From: Camelus ferus
Lineage: Eukaryota
Reading direction: 5' to 3'
Assembly: GCF_009834535.1 (NCBI RefSeq)
Contig: NC_045696.1
Location: 56,732,001 to 56,796,000 of the forward strand
Length of the DNA: 64,000 nt
The notes beneath the pieces are model-generated. The model had not been told where the DNA came from and searched no databases. It saw only the letters and a list, made by a program, of their open reading frames with translations. Position 1 is the first letter of the stretch. Each line of letters opens with the position of its first letter. The position numbers and the translations under genes are program-made. Shown in pieces: positions 52,802 through 64,000 of the stretch.

Positions 52802-53133
52802 CTGCCCTGTTCAATAAAGTAGCCATTAGCCATTTGTAGCTATTAAGTACTTGAACTGTCTCTAGTCCAAATTGAGATGTACTATAAATATAAGACATAT
52901 ACCAAATTTTGCCGATTCAGTATGGAAATAAAGATTGTAAAGTATCTTACTAATAATTTTTATATTATGTGTTGAAAAGATAGTACTGAAGATATGCTGA
53001 ATTAGAGGAAATATACTATTAAAGATAATTTCACCTGTTTCTTTTTATTTCTTTTATATGGTGTTAGAAAATTTTAAATTGCATATGTTGCTTACATTTG
53101 TAGCTTGCATTTTATTTCTGTTGAACAGCACTG
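52802..53133. mobile_element. MER33-like hAT-Charlie element
   Basis: Imperfect TIRs ctgccctgttcaata / tgttgaacagcactg; 8-bp flanks GTCTAGGG and GTCTAGCA (Charlie-type target). 332 bp. Confidence 0.8.
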
Positions 53134-53639
53134 GTCTAGCATATTTTCTTCAGGTGCTAGAGTTAAATATTGTACTTCATGATTATTTGCATTTTTCCTT
53201 GTACACAAATTTTAGACCTGAATGCTGTGCCAACTCTCCCCTCTTCCCTTATCCTCTGCCGGAAAGGTTGGCTTTGCTTTGTTGGTAGGCTCTTTCTCTT
53301 GGAAACAATAATGGATTTTGCTTCTGGTTTAGTGTTTCCCTTTTTAAGGGTGGGATTCTTTAGGGCGAGATGTTTCTTTGGTGTGTATTTTTCCTGAAGT
53401 AGGATGAAGCATAGGGATGATGTCGGCAATGGTAATAAGGAAATAAGAAAGAAATCTTTGACAACTGAGACCGTTGCTGTCAAGTTGAAAGTGCTGCTGA
53501 CTCCTGGTAACTGAGGAACCTGAGCACCCTGCAATGCCACACCGCAGATGGAGGAGCTAAGAGCCAGTCTTATTTCAGAGAGTTGGAAGCCTAATGTGTT
53601 CCTCTGGATGCATGATAATAACACGCAGTGTATGTGAGA

Positions 53640-53795
53640 TCGCTCGCGTGTTTATTGTCTGTCTCTCCCCTTGCTAGAATGTAAGCTCCATGAGGGCAGA
53701 GACTTATCTTTCCTGCTCACTGCAGTATTCTGGCTCATATCCCTGGCTCGATGCCTGGCACGTAGTAAGTAGTCAGTACATATTGAATGAATAAA
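53640..53795 (+). mobile_element. L2 3' end
   Basis: ctagaatgtaagctccatgagggcagagact...tgcctggcacgtagtaagt...tgaatgaata. Confidence 0.85.
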
Positions 53796-54196
53796 CAATT
53801 ACGCTTATTCAGGCCAGGAGTAAACCATGGCCTTTGTAGAAAAGACTGTTATTTTCTGTTTTTGTTATTATCTGTGTACCTAATGTTTGTGATGCTATTT
53901 TGTGTTAATTATCTTCCTGTTTGGAATGCTTACAGATGGTAAGTGTTGATCTATACAGCAAAGTGCATTTTCCCAGCAACTGGTGAAATCACCTAAGCAA
54001 AAGTACACCTAACAAATACATCTAACCAAAGGCTCATGTGTGAATTTGTTCTCTTAGTTTATGTTAAGGTCATTCTTTAAAGAGGAAATTGTAAAGAACA
54101 AAGATTATGCTATTTCTTCAACTAGGGGTTTTATTTGTCTCGTAATAAAATTGATGATACTGTGGTTTCCTTCATGATTTCAAAGACCCAGCTTCC

Positions 54197-54352
54197 TTTT
54201 ATTTTTTTTGTTTGTTTGTTTGTTTTTGGGTTTGTTTGGAGGGGGAGTAATTATGTTTGTTTGTTTTTTTGTTTGTTTATTAACAGAGGTACTGAGGATT
54301 GAACCCAGGACCTCACACATGATAAAGCACATGCTCTACCACTATCCTCCCC
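54197..54352 (-). mobile_element. Camelid-type tRNA-derived SINE (Vic-1-like)
   Basis: gaggtactgaggattgaacccaggacctcacacatg...ctctaccact; shares the gtaatta spacer and T-rich tail with the 25.4-kb copy. Confidence 0.85.
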
Positions 54353-54511
54353 ACCACTTACATCTGTATGCTCAGCCATTCTTGGCAAATATTGGTTGCT
54401 TCATGGTCACATAATGGCCAATACTTTACCTTTCTATGTACACCTTCAGGTAGAAGTGAAGGAGTGAGAGGATAAAGGTATATATCAGCTGAGTCTGTAT
54501 CCCCCTCCCCC

Positions 54512-55065
54512 CCTTTTTTTTTGTGTCAGATTCATATGACATAAAATTAATCATTTAAAGTAAACAATTCAGTGGCATTTAGTGCATTCACAATATTGTG
54601 CAATCACCATCTCTGTCCAGTTAGTTCCAAAACATTTTCATTACCCCAAAATAGAACCCCATGCCCATTAAGCAGTTGCTCCCCATTCCCCTCTCCCTCT
54701 AGCCAATCTTCTTTGTGTCTATGGATTTGCCTAATCTGGATATTTAATATAAATGGAATCATGTAATATGTGACCTTTTGTGCCTGGCTTCTTTCTCTTA
54801 GTGTAATGTTTTTGAGGTTCATCCGTGTTGTTGCATGTATCAGTACTTCATTCCTTTTTATGGCTGACTAGTACTCCATTGTGTGTATAGACCACAATTT
54901 ATTTATCCTTTCAGCTTTTGATGGACATTGAGATTGTTTCCACATTTTGACTGTTGTGATTAATGCTGCTGTGAACTTTCCTGTACAAGTATTTGGTGCC
55001 TGTTTTCCATTTTGGGGGGTATGTACCTAGGAGTGGAATTGCTGGGTCTTATGATAATTTATGTC
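54512..55065 (-). mobile_element. L1MB-like 3' fragment
   Basis: aattcagtggcatttagtgcattcacaatattgtgcaatcacc...tacctaggagtggaattgctggg. Confidence 0.88.
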
Positions 55066-56419
55066 TGTGTGCTGCTTCTTTTTAAAGTAATACCTCTCCC
55101 CGCACTGTGTACAGTAATTACCATTATTGACTAGGGAGTAGACAGGGCCCTGTAACCAAGATACCTGTTTTGGATGTTAGAGCCAACAGAGTATCAGAAC
55201 TCTAGGGTTTGTGACCAGAGAGCCTTTCCTGGTAACAACTGCAGAAGACAGAGTAACAGGAAGCATGCTCATGAGGTAAGAATTCAAGCATCCTGAATGT
55301 TCTTTCCTGAAGGAATTAGCTTCTCTGAGTTGCCCTTTACATCCATTCCTGGGATTCAGACTCTAAATCATAACATAGACTCATTCTGGCCATCCGAGTA
55401 CTAAGCTGGCACTGTAAACTCTGCTCCAATTCTCTGTTGGAGTTAAGCCTTTAAGTCCAGGGTCATAGTGGGCTAATGTCTCCATTTGCATGAGGTGAGG
55501 CCCTTCCATTTGAACATGCTTGGAAGTGTACCAATATCAGGGGTGCTGGTGAAGGCAATTGTAAGATACAGAGGATGGATCCAGAACTAAATTGCCTCTT
55601 ACAAGTATTTGCTCAGTATGAAGTCAGCTTTAATCAGCCCTATTCCACCAGCTTCAAAAAATGGGAAACTGGTAGCTTTTCATTTCAGGGGAGTGACCTA
55701 CCTGGGAGGTCTAAAGTATGATTCTAACAATGTTCCAAGAGTATCCTTCCCTGCTGTTATGTGCCTGTGTGCAGGTATAATGTGTATGTAGGAGGGTGGA
55801 AAAAAGGCAAGACAGGGTGGGCCTTTATGTTCAGTGGGTGGGTGGACAGGACATCGCATGCTGTGTGTGTCACTCACATTTCACATTCTCTTTGGCAGGC
55901 TGTAACTTTAGTAAATTTAGTGATAACTTCTTTGCTGCTTTTTCCACTGAGACTCATTAAGCTGTAAAATTATGGCAGTGTTTTGGAGATCTCTGTCCAT
56001 GTCTCCTGCATTAGTCTAGGTCCTTCAAGACTGACACAGTCTTTTTCCTCCCTTCCCTACCCCAGCAGTTAGAAACAGAACCACCTACCAAACAAAGAAC
56101 TAACCAAAAGTCTGTGACTGTAGCTGCTTTTGCCTCCCATACTACTGTTTCTCAGAGTGCATTGGGCCACTTTGGAAATTCTTAAATATGTCCTCACTGT
56201 TTTGACTGACAAATATCACCTCCCCATCTTCCAGAGTGCCCTTGGTAAATCCCTTTGTAAACTTGGCCTTCTCCAGTAAGTGCTTCTCTCTCTCTGCCTC
56301 AAATCCTTCCTTGATTTTCTTCCCTCCTCTGTCCTGTGTCCTCTTCTCCACAATCGTCACTTCAGGAACAAGCCTCTTAAACCTACTTCCAATGGTGGAT
56401 GTGGGTGGTTTTCATTTGT

Positions 56420-56875
56420 TCTCCCACAGTGTGCATTTCTCCCCGATTCTACGTCCATGTGATTCAGCTGGGATTGATGCCAGTCATAGTGACTGATTCA
56501 GAGAGGAGCATATGATCCAGGCCAGATAATGAGAGTTACTTCAGGATTTTTGTTGAAATGAGAAAAAGGCACTGTCTTTTTCTATTGGGATTACTGAACC
56601 AGTGGAGCATAACTGGTAGCTGCTGGGGACAATCTTTATCATTATTTGAGGACAACCTGCCTGACAATGAAACCAACACAGAGGAAGGCAGACTCTAGAG
56701 ATGCAGAGAGACAGATTTCCAACCACAACGCTTGAACACTTAAATCCTGCTACACTTGAAGCCTTTTTACCCTTGCAATTATTTCTATTGTGTGAGTCAA
56801 TACATTTTATTTTATTCTTAGGCCAATTTGAGTTGGGTTACTATCCCTTGCAATTGCAAGTCTTGACTTACTAGA
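56420..56875 (+). mobile_element. MLT1-type MaLR LTR
   Basis: catagtgactgattcag...tgtgagtcaatacatt...ggccaatttgagttgggtt. Confidence 0.65.
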
Positions 56876-57869
56876 CGTTGCCTATCAGCCCACTGATAGC
56901 TCCACTTCATCTTCACTCTGTCTTTACATCTAGGCCCTATTCAGTTGGAGATAGAGTCTCACCTATATCCTAACTACCCTCAGCTCTTCCCACTGACCCA
57001 CATCTCTATTATAATTGCATACATACATTTATCTAGGGCTTTGTCATGCATCAAAGGGCTTTCCTATCCCGTCTGATTCACATAAAGCTCTGAGGAAGGT
57101 AGAGGAGGCATGATTATGCACTTTCTTCGCTGAAGAGACAAGTTGAAAGAAGTTTATGATGATTTGACCGTATCATATTTATGGTCACTGCTGGGAGTCA
57201 AACATGAGTTTCCTGACTGCTGGTCTGGAATAGTTCTTTCTTCTACATTTTGTTGCCTCCCCTGGGTAGAAACATGGCTCTAGCATAAACTTACACTCTC
57301 CTCTCCCACAGAGACCTCCTTTCTGTAACACCTGTAGACCCATGGGACAGAAAGCTTCATCTTTGTATCAGTACCTCATGTTGGTTGTCCTCTATTTTCC
57401 ATCGTTTGGATTCCATTTCATCTGTGCCACTTGTTACAAGTCTTTGTTATAGGTTACTTCTCAAGGACTTTACCTAGTTTAGAAATATGACTGGTTCTGG
57501 GTTATATTACAGCTTTGGCCTCTCTGCGCATTTGAGAACCCCCTGACTTCTTCAACTCTTCAACTTCCTTAACGATCCAAGACCCCGCCACAAGTTCCCT
57601 CAAATCATCCATTATCCCTTCATATCTTCCTGATGTGATTTTTATGCTCCCGTGACTGGGCTGGGGAATGTAGCAGCAAAGATGCTAACTCATGTGCTGG
57701 CCCTGCTGCCTATTTTCATCTGGACCCTTCCTCCTGTGCAGATTTTTGGATGGCTTCAATCCTACAGCTGCTGCTTCTCTTTCCTTCAACCTTTGCCAGT
57801 CTGTTCATGATCTTGTTTTCTCTATCGTCTTTGATGTCTCAGATCAGTTTGCCTCTGTGTAACTTCTGT

Positions 57870-58880
57870 AATAAGCATTACTGGTTGCCTATTTAGCAGC
57901 CATTACTCCCTAGTATTACCTAATATTTGCTAAGGGATACTCTTCCCAAGGAAGTACATGTGCTTCAGGAGAAGCTAACTCTAAAGTCATCTGTACAGTC
58001 AGTCCTGATTGACCCAAGGATAATTGTCATAGTGATTGTGACTATTCACAAATATTCTAGTTCTAGATAGATCGTAGGGTTGCATTTCCTAGCTTGTCGA
58101 AGGTAGATGTGACCATGTGACTTACTTTGGCCAATAAAAATGTGAATAGAAATGACATATGTCATTTCCAGGCAGAAGCCTTTAAGGGCTAATGTATGAT
58201 TCACCTGGTCCCCTTCCCCTTGCTCTGGTGATTGCTAAAGCATGTGGCAAGATGAAGCCTCCATCAGTCTGGGTCCCAGAGTGACTATAATGGTAGAGCT
58301 CCCCCTGCCGACCTATACCGGCATGTCGTGAGAGCAAGAAATAAATTTCTGCTATGTTAAGCCACTGAGATGTGGGAGTTGGCTGTTACTGCTGTATAAA
58401 CAAGCCATTCTAACTGGTACAGTAGTCTCACCCTCTTAGCAGTGCCTGGGTCAGGAACCTAGTCTGAGCCAAGCAGTCATGACATTCCTTGGTCAAGGAA
58501 CTGGTTGAGAAAAAGGCTGTGACTCATTTGGTACTCTGAGATGAGAAGGGAGACGTGCTGGAGCTTTGAGGATAGAAATCTCCACACTTTTAAGAGAGCC
58601 ACCAGAAGAGATGAATTCTCTCTTTCCCTGGATGTTACATGTAAATGTGAAGCCTGCAATTACTGCAGTCATCTTGCTACCAGCCTGAGGATAAAGCCAA
58701 TACACGTGGACAGTAGTCCCAAAAGAATCACAAAGAAATGGAGCCAAAACCCTGATTGAATCATAACCAATCATTACCCTACCTCTGGAGTTTTTCAGTT
58801 AGATTAACCAGTAAGTCTCCTTTACTGTTTAAGCCATTTGAGTTGGGTTTCCTATTATACCTCCAAAAGTAAACTAACAA
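57870..58880 (+). mobile_element. Nested MLT1 LTRs: one (about 58025-58421) inside another
   Basis: Inner element ends gagagcaagaaataaatttctgctatgttaagccactgagat...ctaactggtaca; outer element ends tttaagccatttgagttgggtttcct. Confidence 0.7.
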
Positions 58881-60928
58881 TTGTAACTTCCTTTTTCAGT
58901 TCTTATCTCTACTTCCCACTCTTTTATTCAGTATCAGAGAAGTAATAGCTAATGAGAGTGTCCATTTATAGAAGACTTACTTTGTGTCTGGCACCAGCCT
59001 AAGTGCTTTCCACACAGAGATTCTGATCCCATTTCAGAGTAGAAAATATATGTGTGAGCTTCTTGGGGGCTCTTTTCTTATTTATATTTATTTCCTCTAC
59101 GATGGTGATTTGGTGCATAGTAGGTACCCACAAAATATTGAATAACTGAACAAATGTAAATTGAGTTTTACTCTTAAAGAGTTTATAGTATTATTGACTA
59201 TCCAAGTCTCACAAACCTAAAAGGTTGGAGACCAAGCAAGACTTTTAAGCTGTTAGGTACTAAACTGAAGATCCAAAAGGCATATTACTAACAGCAAAGG
59301 CTATGAAGAAAACATATCATTATTGTCTGAAAATTGAGAATAAAAAGCTTTTAAAGAAAGTCAGATTTGACCTTAAAAAAAAAAGATCAGATATGGATAA
59401 GCATAGCAGAGTGGGAGAGTGGATGTTAAAGTTAGGGCAGTAACAAGCAGCAGCATGGTGTCAGGAAGAACATGGTGTACATTCAATACTTTCAATTTAG
59501 GTGCTCAATAATGTTAGATTTTTTTTTCTCATCATGAGACTATAGAGAGCCACATGTTAGATGTCGGCTTGATATTAGAGATGTGTGGCCACAATCCTGA
59601 CTATTTAGCTCCTTACCTGCTTGAACCCCTTGCACATCGTAGGCAAAGATGTTTATAAAATTACAAAGACATTCATCAGTGCACTATTTCTCTCTAGAGA
59701 AAGAAGGACTTGTCTGCCAAGCATTCTACTTCTTTTCTGGTTCTCTAACTTAATGCTGGGCACACAGTGTTGCATAGAAGGCCCTTAGTTAAGTACTTGA
59801 TTGAATTGATTCAAATTATTTGGTTTGGGGAGACGTTATTTGCCTAGTGAGCCTGGTTTCTCAGCATATCAACACTTCATCAAACCTCTGTCAGATCAGA
59901 TTCTCAATAGGGTATCTTAAATACATGCTATTAAAATACCTAAATAGAAGTCCCATCTGTTTGAATAGACTGAGCCTGATGAATCAGCCAGAGAGGTGGG
60001 AGGCTGATCCAACCAGACATGCACTGATCGGGTGGGGAACAGTCAGCTCTCTCTCCCTTTGCCACCCTAGAGTGCTCACACCAGAATGTACAGATTTATA
60101 AAGAGCAACCAGCTAGCAAAATATGAGGACTGAAGGACAGTGTCTGTGGGCTAATCAACAGAGATCTGGCTGGAGCCCCTTGTCCCAACTATGGATCATG
60201 CTGAAAAGCATGTCAGCGCAGGAGAAAGAGGAGTCCAGGGACTTTCCCCTTTCGTAATTCCTGTGCCTCTGGAATCTAGATTTTGTTTTCATGCAATTGT
60301 GAAAAGCATTTTAAAAAACAGATTTATTTTGGGAACTGTCACTGGTGAAGTCAGCAAGGACTTAAAGACCTAAGATAAAATATGATGGAAAAGTGTTGAG
60401 GAAACTGCATCCTTTTTCATTCCGCAAGAAGGATTCTGCACAAATATTCATCCCTGATGTCATCAAACCCTCATTTCCAAATGGTCTTGGCTGCCAGATT
60501 CCTAATAACAGCTTCTCAACTACCACAATCTCCCTTTTCCCACCTCCCCTTAAATACCCTAGGTGTGGACTGTACTCTCTGGTGCTGCATTAAAGAAGGA
60601 AAAAGATTTGGGGTTCACTCTTCACCACACCAAAATACATGTTTTAAAATGTTCTTTCCTAAACTCTACTCCTCTTGACAGCACTTAGCACATTTGGCCT
60701 TGTGCACAGTAGATGCTCAATAAATAGTGTGTTCAATTAAACAGAATCATTCCCCAGTTCTCTTGGCTAAAGGCAAACAATTTGATTTGCTTTCTTATTA
60801 TCACCATTGATCTGATTTCTCTTCTGCTGTCAACCTGCCCCTCCATACCCGTGTCCTTAACCCAGCCTCCCATCTCATAGACACATGCACAGTCCCACTC
60901 TATTCCATACAGGTGATTTTATTGCTGT

Positions 60929-61047
60929 TTTAGGGTTCTTGTTTGTTTGTTTTTTAAGTGGAGGTACTAGGGATTGAACCCAGGACTCAAGCATGCGAAG
61001 CATGCTTTCCACCACTGAGCTAAACTTACCCTACCTCCTTTAGGGTT
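60929..61047 (-). mobile_element. Short camelid-type tRNA-derived SINE with target-site duplication
   Basis: ggaggtactagggattgaacccagga...ccactgagcta, flanked by TTTAGGGTT at 60929-60937 and 61039-61047. Confidence 0.85.
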
Positions 61048-61991
61048 TTGTTTATAGTACTTTCTGTATTAAATGAGAGGGGAAATAAAAAGAATATAGG
61101 AGTCAAGAGATCTGGATTTTGGTCCTAAATGGGTCATTTACTTTGGATCTAAGGTAGGTGGCTATGTGCTCAGATTCCTCATATCTGAAATAATAATAAG
61201 ATTAATAATAATGATAATAATGAAATGCCTGACTTACCTCCTAGGTTGGTAGAAGTGTCAAATGAGTTAATACATATGAAAGCTCTTAGAGAAGAGAACA
61301 TTTTGAATGGCTGTTCTTATGATAAGAACCCTTCTGAGTTCATGTACCCAATAAAGCACATGTATTATCAAGAGAATCTTCCATATTGTGTTTCCCTGAG
61401 AAATGGGCTTCTTCTCACCTCCTTTCCCCAGGAGAGGCAAACTGGCTGGCTTCCTGGGCCCTGAATGGGACACTTACTCTGATGAATTCACTGGGGCCCA
61501 GGGTCAGGCCCTTAGCTTTGCAGCATCAGAACTCGATTTTGGCAGAGCCTCTGAGTTGGTCAGACTCAAGGATGCTGACTCATACAAACTCACAAGAGAC
61601 TGATATATAACAAGATTGCCAGTTTATTAATTTACAGTGGGAAACATTTGGTCTGATCTATACCTTTGCTCTCTATAGGCCAGTTGCAAGGGAAGAGAGA
61701 TCATCAGAAGGTTGCTCAGTGAGCAAGGACTTTGGTAAGGGGAGTTAAATGATTCAAGTGTTTTATACCACCAGGCTCTGCTCATCTGGCTTTTGCTATC
61801 TTCTCAAAAGAAAAGTGGTCTAGATGTTTCTTGCACCCTGGCAGGGTACCCAGTTCCAGAATTTTGCTTACATGGGCCAGAGTGTGCCAAGTGTGCCCTT
61901 TTCCCCACATTCCCTTTGCTGACCAACTCCCTTCTGACCTACACATTGCTCTTTATATATGTTAATCCTTTTCAGACCTCTTTCAGTGGAG

Positions 61992-62219
61992 CTGTGGTTC
62001 CCAAAGCCAGTCTGTTGGCCAGGCTGGGACTGATTGCCACAAAAGCACCTGGAGGACTTACAAAGAAAGACTCTTTTGGCGCTAATAGAAATTCTAATTT
62101 ATTGGGTCTGTGAAGGGTTTAGGTATTTGAATGTTTACAGAGATCCCAAGTGACTCTGATCTAATGATGGATCAGATGGATCAGATGGATTGATGCTAGT
62201 GCAGGTTAGGGAACCACAG
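61992..62219. mobile_element. MER5-type MITE with perfect 11-bp TIRs
   Basis: ctgtggttccc (61992-62002) / gggaaccacag (62209-62219); internal (gatggatca)x~3 at about 62166-62191. Confidence 0.7.
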
Positions 62220-62818
62220 ATATGAAAGTCTTATTTGGCTAAGGATCTATACTGTCCCTTTAAGATGACTTTGCATATTCCGATCTGATCCATTATGAAT
62301 TGATTGTATAGATTAACTCTCAGAACAAAACGTTATTTCCTAGTTCTCAAGGGCCAGTCACTGTTGCATCCTTGAACCAACCTTCCTCCCTTTCTTCCTT
62401 CTCTCCTTCCTTCCTTCCTTCTTTCCTTCCATAAATATCCAATGCATAAGGAAGTTTACCAAGAGAAGATTGTGACAATCAACACTTCAAATGCCAAAAG
62501 CAAAAGCTGCTTTTAGGTGATAATAGACTTTGAGGATTAGGCTATACAATCCCAGTGCATAGGCAACTCTATGACTAGCCAGTAAAACCAAGGCATGGCA
62601 TGAAACAATCGAGACAGTTCCCCAGTGGTGAGTAACCCTGGGTCTTGGTATACTTCCTGAACTGATGTCCTCTAGGAAACAACCTTCTGCCCACAAGTAA
62701 CCTTGATGGAAACTCCAAGTTCCATGTCCCCATGGCAAAGAAAACAGGTCACTGTCTTTCCTTTCAAACATGGTTCCCATCTCACAGCTCCTGGCAGTGG
62801 CTTGTTCTAGCAGAGCAC

Positions 62819-62853
62819 AAAAAAAAAAAAAAAAAAAAAAAAAAGATATATAG

Positions 62854-62901
<48 letters not shown>

Positions 62902-62918
62902 ACATACACAAACACACA
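62819..62918. repeat. A26 run plus (CA)20 microsatellite with a degenerate tail
   Basis: A at 62819-62844; pure (CA)20 at 62857-62896; nearby (TTCC)n at about 62393-62430. Confidence 0.95.
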
Positions 62919-64000
62919 TCTAAATCTGCATTTGGTTATGCAGGTAATCCTGATTCCTTTCTGCTATAACTGGGGACAGGATTGGGAGTCAGGGAGTCAA
63001 GATACCTGGTTTATAGTCCTGGCTCAGCCATTCATTCACTATGTACCTTGGGAAACTCTTTTTTTCTACCTAGGCCCCAATTTCTTCTGCAAAAGGAAGG
63101 TCAGACTAGATCTCTTAGCATGCTAGGATTCTAAGAATCTGGTGACAACAGTTATCATGTTTCTTAATTGTTTTAGATCAAAGCCAGTAACTGAATACTA
63201 GGAAGAAAGAAAGCTAAACATATATGTTAGAAAACTTAAAAAAAAAACACTTATTAAATTCTATATAGATGCGAGGGACTATACTAACTAGTTTACAAAC
63301 TTTTGATTAATTCTTATCACATCAACTCTATTTTTATTTATTCATCTCTGAGGAACAGAGAGACAAGTAATTTGCCCGAGATCACATGGCCAATAGGTAG
63401 AGAAGCCAGTTCTGAAATCTAGGACTGATTCTAGGGCCAGCTCTCTAATATGCCCTATCCTCTGTTCTCTTGTCTGATAGCTCCAACTTCGATGACTGTG
63501 TAGAACATTTCTTAACGTTCCATTTGAGATTACCTGACCTTGAATATAGGGGAAAAGAAGCCTCTATCAATCTATGTAGGAGAATTTCCTAGAGACTTTT
63601 GTTATGATTATCTTGCTTTGGGAGGGGAGCTGTAAAAGTCAGACTGAATATGTTTGGGTTGAGAGTATATTTTCATTTCAACTGTGTGAGAGGAAACATT
63701 ATACTGGCCAGCAGACCCTGGCCATAAAATTGTTTTTGTTTGTTAGTTTTATTAGTATGCTTTGCTTCCCTAACAAAAGCTCATAAATGTTAGCCTCAGT
63801 TCCTCTGACTGGGTCCAAATAAGAGGAAATAAATCAATAAGGGAAAATCTCCTTTTCTGTCTGGTACTGATCCTGTGGAGGTGAAGGGAAGAGGGAGGCA
63901 GAGATGGCTGCTGGCAGGAAGATAGAGAACTATCAAAGGGCTGAATCTTGGACAGACTGGGGATACCACATCTGACTTCCATCCTCTTCAAATGATGACC

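Noticed and set aside
53529..53558. Possible CTCF site (ctgcaatgccacaccgcagatggagg)
   Set aside because: Several core mismatches and atypical spacing to the upstream motif; not supportable without a PWM scan or ChIP data.
60929..61047. Interstitial telomeric TTAGGG repeats
   Set aside because: Only two isolated copies, explained as the SINE target-site duplication.
62487..62923. ORFs with poly-K, TH and VC repeats
   Set aside because: They are translations of the A26 and (CA)n microsatellites.

Overview
This is AT-rich mammalian genomic DNA, very probably camelid, judged from three copies of a tRNA-Ala-derived Vic-1-type SINE. It holds two head-to-head genes sharing a CpG-island promoter at about 17.5-18.5 kb. 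On the minus strand are the first three coding exons of RABL3, which runs off the left edge. On the plus strand is the complete GTF2E1 gene (TFIIE-alpha: a non-coding exon 1 plus 4 coding exons, 1317 nt CDS, 438 aa, polyA signal near 48.6 kb). The rest is introns and intergenic DNA dense with old repeats (L1, L2, CR1/L3, MIR, MER3/5/33, Tigger, ERVL/MLT LTRs). Nearly all short ORFs in the supplied track are spurious. I see no prokaryotic-type system such as CRISPR and cannot claim a new biological system. The best unexplained signals are a 1.8-kb purine-rich, exon-like block in GTF2E1 intron 3 bounded by splice signals, the dyad-symmetric bidirectional promoter, and a twin-primed 5'-inverted L1. 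Repeat subfamily names come from recalled consensus similarity, not a search, and many repeat boundaries are approximate.
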